Source: Octopus vulgaris (taxonomy: Eukaryota). Taken from it: a stretch of DNA of 64,000 nt. The notes beneath the pieces are model-generated. The model was not told where the DNA came from. It did no database searches and saw only the letters and a program-made list of their open reading frames with translations. Shown here piece by piece: positions 25,874 to 39,249 of this stretch. A program made the position numbers and the translations under genes. The DNA lies in contig OX597831.1 of assembly GCA_951406725.2 (NCBI GenBank), positions 1,364,001 to 1,428,000 of the forward strand, written 5' to 3'. Within the stretch, counting starts at the first letter, position 1. The number at the start of each line of letters is the position of its first letter.

Positions 25874-27881
25874 GGTACCCTGTTTTCACTAAGTGCTTTA
25901 AGTGTTTATGTAGTAGATACCCTCTTGATCATCCTACTCTGGACTGGGCGAGACATCAAGGATGTAACTGCTGGAGGGAGAGAGGGATGCACCAGCACTA
26001 GGCTAGTACTCATTTTCAGCTGAATTAACCGGATGTGGGGGCATGAAATGAAGTCCCTTCGGCAAGGCACTTCATTTTATGTGGTAGTATATAATAACCT
26101 AGAGGATAAAATATTACACTATTAATTTATGGGTCACATATTTGTATCAGGCTTATGCCATTTTAAGTAGAGTTTATCCAGTATATCTCAATGGAGAAGA
26201 GGTACCTGTATAAGGAGAGAGTATATCTCAGTGGAGAAGAGGTACTTGTATAAGGAGAGAGAGAGAGAGAGTTGCTTGAGATTCTCTCCAGAAAAGAAAT
26301 TTGATTTGCAACTGTTTAATACTACATAATCTAGGGATTAAGTATATCAGCTTTATAGACCCTATCCCTGTCTTTATAAGTGTTTGTTTACAAATCTATT
26401 ATATAGTGATTATGAAGTTAAGATATTACTAATTTAGCAGATTATGGATTCACACAATTTTTTGAACTTTACCTCAGTTGAGTAGTCAAAGGCTCTTTAT
26501 GATCTGAGTTCTGGTCCTGTTGAAGTTAACTTTGCTTCCCATCTTTCTGGGGCTGATAAAGAATTAGTCAGTCAGGTATTGGTGTCTATACAGTCAGTTA
26601 TGCCCAAATTTGAAGCCTTGTGTGTATGTTAGAAATCAATATTAAAATATGGTGCCCCACTACTAAAGCATTTGTTGCAATCAAGCCAACAGGTAGCCAC
26701 AGCTTGGCTGCTCAATACGAAAATACAAAGCCCCACTGTTCAAGTATATACTAGAACCATATCATCAGTAATTCTTAAGCTGTGGGGGGGGGGGGGATTT
26801 CAAGCTTCTGAAAGTAAAATTTGAAGATTTCAATGAGGAAATTGTTTTAGGAAAAATTCTTTTGTCATTATTTATAAGTTTTACTAGATATATTTTTGCT
26901 AATGTTAAATTAATAATATAAGGCTGTTAATGTTATATAATAAATTGTTCTTTTCATGACTAATACTTTTCTTGTTAGATTTAGAGGGAAAATCAGGAAG
27001 GTGAACTGATAGAGAAATACAAAAGGAAAGGGGTTAAGAAATTTAGACCATCATGGTTGCTAAATGGTAAAATATGGTATTCTCTTCTATTAAAAACACA
27101 TACTGCAACTAAGCCAATGGGATAATCTCTATATTTGGCTCAACCATTCAGAAATAGTGGTCAGTTCTTCCTCTAATCACACCCTACAATCTTTAAAAAG
27201 AAGGATACATTGAAGAACATCTCTGACTGAGATCTGCTCCATCAGGTTCGGTCTAGGTCTAAACAATAACATTAACAACAATATACTGCAACAATTTCCA
27301 ACAAAGAATTATTGAAGATATCTCAAAAGCCTTTGAGCAGATTGTAATTGCCAGTATGTGAGTCTGGTTTTACAGTGTTAAAAGAAGTGGTGTTGAATAA
27401 AGTTCTCCCTTGGATAAGATTCCCAGTCTTACTAGAACTAGCAGACTAAACCCTTACCTGGTTTACTGTTCTAGTTATGAATGGAGGTTTTTATAGTAGT
27501 AGTAGGAGAATGGTTGAGAAGAAACAGCATATATATATGAATTAGTGGTTGGAGTGTTTCTGGCTGTGTGTAACAGGAACACTGTTCCAGATATGTGAGT
27601 TATAACCTTGTGTGAGTAACACTTGAACTTTGTGGAGGGCCTAGCAACTGATCATCATCTTCATCATTTAAAGTTGAGGGAGATTTTCTAGTCAGATGCC
27701 CTACCTGTCACCAACCCTCACCTGTTTCCAAGCAAGATTCCCCATGCTCAGACATGACCCTTTGGAAGATTGGAAACGAAGGACACTGCTTGTATGACAG
27801 TGACACTCATTTGCAACTTTCACATGAAGTCAAGACTGGAAGACAGTGAAACATACATACACAATTGCACTTACACATACA

Positions 27882-27916
<35 letters not shown>

Positions 27917-27917
<1 letters not shown>

Positions 27918-28087
27918 AAAGCACCCACTACACTCATGGAGTGGTTGGCGTTAGGAAGGGCATCCAGCTGTAGAAACTTTGCCAGATAAGACTGGAGCCT
28001 GGTGCAGCCTTCTGGCTTCCCAGATCCCCGGTCGAACCGTCCAACCCATGCTAGCATGGAGAACGGACGTTAAACGATGATGATGAT
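27917..28087 (+). mobile_element. RTE-LINE 3' end fragment
   Basis: Same sequence as the 3' UTR of the RTE at 45072-46590, with an (ATG)n tail. It sits inside an older minus-strand SINE. Confidence 0.8.
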
Positions 28088-30156
28088 ATATATATATATA
28101 TATGACTGGCTTCGTCCAGTTTCCATCCACTAAACCTACTCACAAGGCTTTGGTCATTCTGAAGTCATAGTAGGTACCACACAGTGGGACTGAACCTCAG
28201 ATTATGTGGCTGGGAAGCAAACTGCTTACTACACACCCACACCTGTGCCTCATCAGATCTGAAATATTTTCCAGTTCTAAAGAGGAATCCATTTAATAAA
28301 TAGAAATATTGGTTTCAAATTTTGGTACAAGGGCAGAAATAAAAAGAAATATTAAATACTTGTCAGCACAGGTATGGCTGTGCTGTTAAGAGATTTGCTT
28401 CCCTATCACATGGATTTCAGCTTCAGTCCTACTGCATGGCATCTTGGGCAAGTGTCGTCTTCCAGAGAAGCAGGCCAGCCAAAGCCTTATAAATAAATTT
28501 GGTTGATAGAGACTGGAAGAAGCCCAGTCTATAATGTGTATCCTTGTCTTGACATCATGTGATAGTTGTAAATGAGTGTCGTTTATTTCCAGTATTCTGC
28601 AAAAACATGTCTGTCTATGGGGAAGTATTGCCTTGCTTGCAAACTGGTAAGGGTTGGCATCAGGAAGATCATTCAACCGTTGAAGATCTAACTCAGTAAA
28701 CTCTATCTGATCCATACTTCCATAGAAAAGAGGATGTTAAAATGGTTATAGACTAAAAGCTTTGTTTCATATAATTGACGAATATAATTCTTGTTCACAG
28801 TGCCCCTGCATGGGCCACAGTCAAATGAGTAGTCTACATTTTTTTTAATCAAGTGAAGTGGCAGAAACAGTAGAGAGCTTGCCAAAATGTTTTCAAATAT
28901 TTAGCTTTACCTCAGTGATGCACTGATTTCAATAAGGCAACTCTTGTTGCTCCAGAATTGATAAATTATGCATGGCATAAACTGAGATCGATTTAATTAA
29001 ACACAATTTACCTTTACATATTGTTTAACCCCAAGTCAGCTTAGAACAAACACACATGAACAGCACTCTAGCTACAATTCTCCTGTATTTTATTCAGGCA
29101 TCACGGATCTACAGCTACATTACCCAATGTGTTCTTCCTTTTTTTTTTTTTTTTTTTTTGTAAGACAATACAGTGAAATTTGAGGGAGATTTTTGGCTGC
29201 TATTTTTAACAGGTTGAGCAACTGCCTGTAGACCTCCTTCATTGGCTAGACAAATATAATATATGGTTTTATGTCAATATGTAAAACACTTAACATGTTT
29301 ATAATGTCTTTATGGTTGCAATTTCCACTGTTTTCTCTTTTTTTTTTTTTAAAGAGTAACCTGAAACATGTGAAAGTTTTGCTGGCAACAGATTGCAAGT
29401 AAACTGATCTGACCCACGCTAAAATAATTTGATAATTTTTTTGTTTATGTTTTTAAACTTTTTATCGTGAAGTTTTATTTATTTCAATTTGATGCCATCA
29501 ATTTGTGATTGACTGATAAAAATGGAGTTATTTATAAAAATGACCTTCAGTCTTAGAAGAAATTTTGCTTTACTACTTTCACAATAACAAACACATTTGA
29601 ACTGGAATGACAAAGTAAATAAAATATTAATGGTAAAGTTAATGTTGACATGTTTAATATCTTGGACATAACAGCTTACTGGAATAAAGTATGAATAAAA
29701 TATTAATAACTAAGGAATAATTAATGAAGTATTAATAGTTACATTAGTGTCAACTTATTTAATATATTAGGTATTAAATAGCTAACTACAAGTATGCAAT
29801 GAAAAGAAGAAAAAAAATCTATTTGTGAGTAATATCATTTTCATGTTTTCAGAAATTATATGAGACTTCAGACATGCTTCTGTCTTATTATAGCCTCCTC
29901 CGCAAAAGTACAACCTTCACTGTACTTATGAAAATAGTGATGGAAGAGTTACTTAGTAAATGTATAGTATTATTCATTGGTTGATGTAGGAAAATTGAAT
30001 TGTTTAGAGATTAAGTAACTCAGAGATGTCAGCCATCTACATGAAAACAGTAGTTAAGTTTGTATTTATATAATTAAAGCAGGGAACACTACAAAAACAT
30101 AAAAACGAAAGAAAGAAACTAGCAGTGCGGTAAAGACAGTATTAGTCAATGGATAA

Positions 30157-30325
30157 TCATCATCATCATCATCATTGTTTAACGTCCGCTTTCCATGCTA
30201 GCATGGGTTGGACGATTTGACTGAGGACTGACAAACCAGATGGCTGCACCAGGCTCCAATCTGATCTGGCAGAGTTTCTACAGCTGGATGCCCTTCCTAA
30301 CACCAACCACTCCGAGAGTGTAGTA
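30157..30325 (-). mobile_element. RTE-LINE 3' end fragment
   Basis: (CAT)n followed by GTTTAACGTCCGCTTTCCATGC...GGATGCCCTTCCTAA. Confidence 0.8.
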
Positions 30326-30933
30326 TTAGTGTAGGATAATATTACTTTTATTTAAGCTGGTGAACTGGCAGAATCATTAGCATGCCAGGCAAAATGCTTA
30401 GCAGCATTTCATCCATCTTTATGTTTTGGGTTCAGATTCTGCTGGGGTTGACTTTGCCTTTCATCCTTTCAGGGTCAATGTAATCAACTTATCTCCTCCT
30501 CCCCAAATTGCTGGCCTTGTGTTGACCTTTGAAACCAATATTATCTTCATTGGATAGCAGCAAGCTGGCAGATTCTGTACTACACCAAACAATGCTTAGT
30601 AGTATTTCCTCCAGCTGTTTACATTCTGAGTTCAAATTCTACTGAAGTTGATTTTGCCATCATCCTTTCAGGGTCGATGAAATAAGTACCAGTTTAATTC
30701 TGGAGTTGATGCAATTGACCCACTCACAATCCACTTAAAACTGCTGGCCTTGTGCCAAAATTAGAAAAAATATTAATTTCATTGGGCAAGGACAGTGGAT
30801 TGAGCAGAATCCATAGTGTCAAATTACCTTGTGTTATTTGTTTCTACTCTTTACATTCTAAGTTCAAATCTCACAGATGCCACATTTGCCTTTCATCCTT
30901 CCTGGTTTGGTAAAATAAAGTACAAGTCATGTA

Positions 30934-31095
30934 GGCGCAGGAGTGGCTGTGTGGTAAGTAGCTTGCTAACCAATCACATGGTTCCGGGTTCAGTCCAACT
31001 GCGTGGCATCTTGGGCAAGTGTCTTCTGCTATAGCCTCGGGCCAACCAATGCCTTGTGAGTGGATTTGGTAGACAGAAACTGAAAGAAGCCTGTC

Positions 31096-31139
<44 letters not shown>

Positions 31140-31333
31140 TTGTCCCCCTAGCATTGCTTGACAACCGATGCTGGTGTGTTTACGTCCCCGTCACTTAGCG
31201 GTTCAGCAAAAGAGACCGATAGAAGAAGTACTGGGCTTACAAAGAATAAGTCCCGGGGTCGATTTGCTCGACTAAAGGCGGTGCTCCAGCATGGCCGCAG
31301 TCGAATGACTGAAACAAGTAAAAGAGTAAGAGT
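30934..31333 (+). mobile_element. Full-length family-A SINE
   Basis: GGCGCAGGAGTGGCTGTGTGGTAAG head, GGTTCAGTCC B-box, internal microsatellite and ACAAGTAAAAGAG tail. Confidence 0.9.
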
Positions 31334-32599
31334 AGTAGGTTTGACAGAATTTTTCTTTAATGGTATTCCCTTCCTTAAATTTCTGACCATGTGCTAAGTT
31401 AGAAATTATTATTTTTACTGGATTTATGATCAGACACTCCAGTCTTGACCATCATATCTTTTGTATCTCCAGAAATATATTATCCAAAATGAACTCCTCC
31501 ATGTTTTTTTTATTTATTTTTATGTTTTAAGATTAATCCAACCATGTATAGGACTTGCTGGCTGGTTCAACACAATCTTATTAACTTATGAGTTCAAATG
31601 AAAACTACAGATATTTCATTGTACTTCCATGGGATACATTTAACTCTGTGCACTTTTATTCCTTTAGCTATTAAAAATAGGTGCCAAATGTTCTGGGAAT
31701 ATTCCTAAATTTCTTGAATTGCTTAGGGATAAAACAACAGTAACCACTTCAATATATTCTCTTATAAAAAAAAAAAAAAAGGAAAAGCTGTGTTGATGTT
31801 TCATCTCCGGAATCATTCCAACATTTTCTCTTTAAAAGCAAAAGAACAAATTGCATTGTTGTCCTAAATGATGTTTTATGCATCTGCCAACCAAATTTAG
31901 GCTTTTATTAACACTTTTACCAGATGCTAATGGTTCATGCTAATTTGACTAAATACTAGAACATTTTGACTAAAACCATATGTGATGCTATTAATGGCTC
32001 AGTTGGTGCTATGCCATAAACAGTTGATCTTGTCTTTGACCATTGGATGATAAATAATTATTCTATTCCCGCTAGAGACCTTTGATACTACTTGCTTGAC
32101 TACTAAGACTAGCAACAGTTGCTATATACATATAAATGCTTACAATAATGCTGTCAATATTTGTATTGATTATTTATATCTTAAACAATCCTGCTGCCAT
32201 GTTAAGTAACTTCTAGTGTTGAATCTACTTTGTAACTTGAGCCTTTCATTTTCACAAATGCAACACAATTTTACTGTAAGTCGCCAAATATTTCCTGTCT
32301 CCCTTCAAATATAATTAACAAATTTAGATTCAGACAAGCTGATTAGCCCTAATGTCTGGATAGGATCAACTAGAAATCTGAGTTCTGATAAGATGCTCAG
32401 CTTTAAATCTGAGTTCTGATGGGATGCTCAACTTCAAATCACGATTCACAAACTTTTATATGTGTGTGAGTGTGTGTGTGTTTTTCTATTAACTGGTTGG
32501 ATCTGAAGAAAGAAACTGCTCCCATGGCTTTCCCTGGCCCTGCAAGACCAGTAAGATTGATGTTTGGGTCCTTCATGAATAGTTGAAAAAGGACAGCTG

Positions 32600-33200
32600 C
32601 GGGTAAAACATGAATGAAAAGAGAGAATTCTGAAGGGATGATGTTTTAGAGATTCAGAATTGAGTATGGTGGTTAACGTGGGACCTGGGATGGAGAGAAC
32701 ACAATATGGGTAATAAAAGGAGTAGAGATGAGTAAGTTAGAAGTGCATGAGTGGAGGTGGCAAGATACCAGATAGTTCTGAGTAGCCGAGGCCACTACAG
32801 TATTTGTAGAAAAAAAAGAGATTAGACAGCATATCTGCAGGCCAGAGGTTGGATGGGGTGTGTTGATGAGTGACTGCACACCAATCAGTCTGGTGGCCCT
32901 TTTTGGGTATATGTTGCAGCTATATTTGATAAAGTATAGGGTGTATGTGTGTACCAGCCTAACAGTTGAGTGCTTCATTGCTCATACTCACCATAACAAC
33001 TTGAGTCCTGTTCAACTCACCTTGACACTAGAACACTGCTCTGCTCATGTGAGAAATTCACGCAGAACTTGGTTTTAGTTGGTTTGTCACATGAGTATGG
33101 TTAAGCTTAAGTACCGCTTTGTTCAGCTTCATGCTTGAGCGCAGTTTTGTTTGGCTTGGTAATTGCATGCTGTTCTGCTCCGTTTGACAATATAAGCAGT
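32600..33200 (-). mobile_element. Decayed CR1/L2-type LINE, ORF2 C-terminal relic
   Basis: Minus-strand peptides PKRATRLIG and YKYCSGLGYSELSGILPPP resemble the same LINE tail as 5750-6180. Confidence 0.5.
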
Positions 33201-33954
33201 GTGCTGGAACATACACAAGTTTTCAAAATATTCATTATGAGGGACATATTCCCCTTTAAATCTTTAGCCTTCAGATTTCTCAGTCAAATGTGAGGCATAT
33301 TTATTCACATTGATTTGAATTTGTCATGCATTACCTTATAGTGGTGAGATTTCAATGATGTGATTGTTTATTTTTACAATAATATTGTAGGGTAAGTATG
33401 AGTGGCTAGATCTGGCCAGTTTGAAGATAAAACAGGTAGATGATTTTGGCTGGATATGGCCAGTTTAAGTGCTAAATATTTCCTCACAGGAAATTTTGTG
33501 CTCTACATATTGTGAGACCTGTAATAATAAATATTTCCCAGAAAAAGGACAAAGAATTGAGTAAAAATGTAAAAAATTTAAGTTTTCAGACAAAACATTC
33601 TTTCACAGAAGTAAACAACCACCCACTTTCTTGCTCTTTTCTTTCTCCGTGAAGTAGTGGTAGCTATTTTGAAAGTTTGCCAATCAGAGTTTACACCCTT
33701 CCCATAAGACAGGTGTAATGGTAAAAATTTACCAAATTCTTTATCTAAGAGATTTCTGTGAGGAAAGGCTAATTCTGATGTTTCAAGCAAAGCCATGTTT
33801 CAGAGACTTTGACGGTTAAGAGTCTCGGCCATTAAAGTGTCCTGCTGCAGGTGACAAGATGTGAACCATTAATCCTTTGATTGTTGCACACACATTCTAA
33901 CAACACGTGAAATAAAATAGAATGATTTCTTCATTTGTTATCTCTTATTGGTGA

Positions 33955-34272
33955 AGGTGCATGGCTGAGTGGTTGTGGTATTTGGTTCACAATTGTAAGA
34001 TCGAGAGTTCGATTCCTGGCAGTGTGTTATGTCCTTGAGTAAGATACTTTATTTCACATTGCTCCTGTCCACTCAGCTGGCAAGAATGAGTAGTACCTGT
34101 ATTTCAAAGGGCCAGCCTTGTCACACTCTGTGTCACACTGAATCTCCCTCAGAACTATGTTAATGGTAAATATGTCTGTGGAGTGCTCAGCCACATGCAC
34201 ATTAATTTAATGAGCAGGCTGTTCCATTGATCTGATCAACCGGAACCCTCGTTATCGTAACTGACAGAGTGA
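33955..34272 (+). mobile_element. tRNA-derived SINE (family C)
   Basis: TGGCTGAGTGG A-box, GAGTTCGATTCC B-box and TGTCCTTGAGTAAGATACTT core, with a distinct 3' body. An older copy lies at ~15395-15720. Confidence 0.75.
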
Positions 34273-34692
34273 TCTCCTATTGGTAGGGCACTCACTTACA
34301 GGAGGCAGTTGTGAGATGAGATATTCTAGGATGAGAGTTAGAATTAGAATAGACTTGAAGGTGGTGGTGGTGGGTGGATGTCTTCTTAAATTTCTTTCTG
34401 TCACCTTACCTTGTGTGAATCAATAATGCCGGTCAAAATCAATAATGTTTGCTCTACAATGAATTTGTAATTATTTCAGGTTTTGTTCACGTTTTTGTTT
34501 TCTTTTTTTCTGTTTAATAGCTTTAAAAATACTTGGGTACTGACCCAAGGGGGTGGACTGGCGTAATATTTCTTTTCTTGTTTTTCTTTTTCTTTTCTTA
34601 CTCAATATTGCTCACTCTCTCATGTTCTCACACATTTCTTTTTTTTGCTCACAATTTATATATGATATTCTTTATATATTTCTGACACACTC

Positions 34693-34738
<46 letters not shown>

Positions 34739-35686
34739 CCATCTTCTTCTCTGTCTTATATGTACCATCTATCTATTTGTCTATCTCAATTTCTCTCTTT
34801 TTTTTACCACCCCACTCTCAATTCTGCTTTATTCCCACTCATTATCAATATATTTCGTTCTAGCACTCTTTCCTCCCCCCTCTCTCTCTTTTTCCACCTT
34901 TTGCTCTTTCTTTCTCCCCTCTCTCTCACATACTTTATCTATCCATCATACACACTGAAAATATTCTCTCCTATTCCCTTGTCTTTCTCACTCTTGTATA
35001 TTGTCAATATATTCATCACAGCATTCTTTCTTTTCTTTCTGCACACACTCTCTCCCCCGCACATACACATGAGGATGAGGTTTTTGTGTCTTGGATGCTG
35101 CTGCTGCTACTACTACTACTGTTTTTATTAGCAATTCTTTTTCTGGTAGAATCTTCTTTCTTTCAGTAGGATTTGAACACTGAACTTCAAACTAATGAAA
35201 GACCTGTCAATTATACTGTTCTACTTCACCACTGCCTACTGAAGTTAACAGCGTCTCCCCATCGAATATAATTTACAGCTCATCTGACAGAATAACTCGG
35301 GAATAAATGTCTTTGCCAGGTATAGGCCTGGTAGTGTGGTTAAGATGTGATGTTTGCTTCAAAGTTATGTGATTTCAGGTTAAAACCCATTATATCTCAC
35401 TCTGAGGTAAATGTTGTCAACTAGACATTTGTAAGTTAAATTTGGTAGATGAAAGCTATGGAAGTCCATCAGAGTAACTGTTTATGTACTTGGGTGCTGA
35501 ACTTAATCCTTTAGCATTCAAACCAGCCATATTTGGTCCAAAATTTTCTACTTGTTTTACGTTCAATCTGGCCAGATCTGGCCTCTCACACTTACCTAAC
35601 AATGTCAAAGCATATACAATTACATCATTGATAACGCAAATAAATAAGCATTATCTTTGACAGAATAATCTGAAGGCCGTAGGGCT

Positions 35687-36527
35687 TGTAACAGGATGAG
35701 AGATTCCCACACTGGATGGGTGCTGCTCGCATCCTTTACATTAAATATTAATTGAAGAAAGAGTCAAGATTTTCTGTTAACTTCAACAGCATAGGCGCAG
35801 GAGTGGCTGTGTGGTAAGTAGCTTGTTTACCAACCACATGGTTCCGGGTTCAGTCCCACTGCGTGGCACCTTGGGCAAGTGTCTTCTACTATAGCCTCGG
35901 GCCGACCAAAGCCTTGTGAGTGGATTTGGTAGACGGAAACTGAAAGAAGCCCGTCGTATATATGTATATATATATGCGTGTGTGTGTTTGTGTGTGTGTG
36001 TTTGTCCCTCTAGCATTGCTTGACAACCGATGCTGGTGTGTTTACGTCCCCGTTACTTAGCGGTTTAGCAAGAAGAGACCGATAGAATAAGTACTGGGCT
36101 TACAAAAAGAATAAGTCCCGGGGTCGAGTTGGTTGATTAAAGGCAGTGCTCCAGCATGGCCGCAGTCAAATGACTGAAACAAGTAAATGATAAATGAGTA
36201 TAAATATTTATTCTTTGATTCGCAATATAAACATTTCCTTCTTCTGGGTGAATCAGCAACCTAGGAGCTTAGTGGCAGTAGTCTAGTGGAGTGAGTCAAT
36301 CCTTCCTGTTCAAGCATAGTGGGGATGCGCCACGAGGTAGCAGCTCAAGAGAGCTGCTGGAGACACGTCTGTATCATTCAGCTGCTAGCGTCAAAAGAGA
36401 GAGATACAAGAGAACTTCGCTGCTGCTAGTTTTCTGCGCATGTGCACAAGGGAACTTCCAGCAGGCCTTCCAGAAGATTCCAACCCTGCGCATGCGTACT
36501 GGAGATTTCCAAGGTGGCGTCACTACA
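35687..36527 (-). mobile_element. Probable solo LTR interrupted by a family-A SINE
   Basis: TGTA...TACA termini, 4-bp direct repeat GGCT (35683-35686 and 36528-36531), minus-strand AATAAA near 36210, and a GC-rich body with TGCGCATG motifs. Confidence 0.55.
35794..36199 (+). mobile_element. Full-length young family-A SINE
   Basis: Near-identical to the copies at 24637, 30934 and 43823, with CpGs retained. Confidence 0.9.
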
Positions 36528-37517
36528 GGCTAAACCACTGCCAGTTTAACACCATTGTCTGACTCTTGTGTGCTTTCAGCAGAGTCCATTTTATTTTACT
36601 GAAGCATTTAGGTCAGGTCTCTGGTCTAAGGATAATATTTTCCTTTCTCCCACTGGTCTTGGAAGCCCTGTAAAGGGCCATGGACATTCTCTTTTCTCTC
36701 CTCATTATGAAATAAATAAAATTGCATTTAAATGGACTATCCTTACTCATTTTTTTATCATTAGACTGTGGGGACATTGGGGTTTCCCCCACCCTCACCC
36801 TGCTAGGGTATTGACAATTCCATAGACCCCAGGACTTATTTTGTTGACCTCAGAAGAATGAAACCTAAACAGCTTTAATAAAACCCCACAAGATTATTTT
36901 TCTACTGATTCTCCACTAAGATATGAAATGAACCAAATCAACCTCTCTGTGGTTGCTTAACCGGCTGGAAATAACAGCTATGTCTCTCTTACCTATAATC
37001 TTATAAACAAAAATGAGAGGAAGAGACATTAGGGGAAATACTCCTATATATCCCTAACTAAAAAAACAGGATGGTCACAATGTTTTTTCTCATAGGTTTG
37101 CTCAGTCAAGCTACCCTGAAGATAAACAACCACATCATCAACAGCATCAAGTTTTGTAGCATTACCCCTTCTACTTGTGCACCCCAGTATCCTAACAAGT
37201 CATCTAGTAACTACTTTTTGATTGATATTTTCTCTTCATTGTCTTCCTCTCCACCAGCATTAACCTCACCTTCCTATGATATCCAGGGGTTATTGTATTT
37301 TTACCACCCTTTCCTCTTCCCTGCTTTCTTGGTGAAAATATATTGGTTGATGTTTCCTGCTTGTTTCTTTTATTGTCATAAGTGTAACATTTAATCTGGA
37401 AAAACCCTCTTAGATACATCAGAATAAAAGACAAGTTGATTAAGGCTATTGTGTAATAAGTCTTGTTGCAAATGTAAAAGGACATTCAAGGTCACTTGTC
37501 TTGGTTACTCTCATTGG

Positions 37518-37550
<33 letters not shown>

Positions 37551-39126
37551 CTTGTCAGCTATTGCTATACTGCTACTTCAAGACTGTCAAGCTCAGGCAG
37601 AATAGCTTTAAGGGCTTTACTGCTTCTTCTTTTCCCTCCTCCCCTTGCTTTCACTCTCATCTCTACTTCTTGCCTGCCTTAGCTAGGGTTCAGGTGTGTG
37701 ATGCTAGAGAATAAATAATGTGAAGACGGTTGCATATGAGAGAGAGGAAAGAAAAAAAAAATCCTTGTCAGTTGACAAAAACACATACACAATTACCATC
37801 ACCACCACCACCCTTCACTGCATTTGTTTATATTCCACCTCACTCTCCCCCCCCATATATATATATATATTTGGAAGGAGTTTCTTGTGTTTTTAATGAC
37901 AGTCTTGCTGTTATATGTAACTCCTACGAAATATGTTGAATGCCAATTGCTTTCATTTGTCCACTCATTCCTTTGTATACTCACACACATATAACCATGC
38001 CAGTTTAGATGTACAAATAGGTGAAAAAAGTATGCTGTTCATATTTGTTTGAAGCTGATGATTCGCTTTGACAGTACTCAGAGTATCTTGTTTTTGCACA
38101 TTTGTTCTGTTGACAAAAATATTGTGGCCAGAAAGAATGCGCAAAGGTGAATTATCTACTTTGTGTGTGTGTGTGTATCTTTTTGTCTTTTACTTGTTTT
38201 AGTCATTACACTGCAGCCATGCTGGGGCACTACCTTGATTGGTTTTAATTGAACAAATTGACGCCGGTATTTCCTTCTTTTTTTTTCTTCTTAAGTTTGG
38301 TACTTATTCTATTGGTTTCTTTCACTGAACTACTAAGTCACAAGGATGTAAACAAACCAACACTAGTTGTCAAGCAGAGTAGGGACAAACACGGACTCAA
38401 AGACATGCACAAATGAATATATACACACACAGTGGGCTTCCACACAGTTTCCATCAACAAAATTTACTCACAATTTATTCATTCTACCAATCTATGATGA
38501 TGATGGTGGTGGTGATTGACAACAATTATTATTCTTGTGGAATGGTTGAATGTGGATTCAACCATTCCACAATAGTAATAGTTGCCAGAGTGTTACACAA
38601 AATGCAGTATTCCATTGCCTTTCATCTTTTGGGGGATTGATAAAATAAAGTATCTATATAACTGACCATAAACCTCCCTCAAGTTTGAGGCCTTGTTCTG
38701 AGTTCAAATTCCTCTCAGGTCGATTTTACCTTTCTTCCTTTCAGGGTCAATTAAGTACCAGTTTAGCTCTTTAGTTGACTGGCCCCTTCCTCCAAAATTT
38801 CTGGCCTTGTGCCTATAGTAGAAAGGATTATTATTATTATAGACATCACACAGTATACAATATCATGAGGTGGTTAAAGATATTGTGTTTACCGGCGGTT
38901 TGTACTGTTTGTCAAGTCACAACAAGGACCTTTGACAGACAATACTTTACACAATATGTGTGCAGTTCCAAGTAATGCTGACTTTTGCAATACATCTAGA
39001 TTGTAGGGTATTTCTAAGGTTTTCAGATGTTTTTTTCAGATTGGGTGGTATTGAACCCAATGACAATAGGGATAACCTTTATTATTGACTCTTGTAGCTG
39101 CCACATCTTAGCGATCTCAATTCTCA

Positions 39127-39169
39127 ATTATTATTATTGTTATTATTATTATTACTATTATTATTATTA

Positions 39170-39212
<43 letters not shown>

Positions 39213-39249
39213 CATTGTTATTATTATCATCATTATTATTATTATTATT
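39127..39249. repeat. (TTA)n microsatellite
   Basis: About 40 imperfect TTA/TAT units, directly preceding a SINE array. Confidence 0.95.

Noticed and set aside
26180-26270. 40-bp tandem duplication (similar short duplications at ~9610-9685, 23936-23975 and 32373-32440)
   Set aside because: These are ordinary local slippage duplications with no further structure.
26979-27400. Possible extra VPS41 exon or transposase fragment (RENQEGELIEKYKRKGVKKFRPSWL; QRIIEDISKAFEQ)
   Set aside because: There is no VPS41 similarity and the nearest donor breaks phase 0. The resemblance to hAT/Buster transposases is too weak to call.
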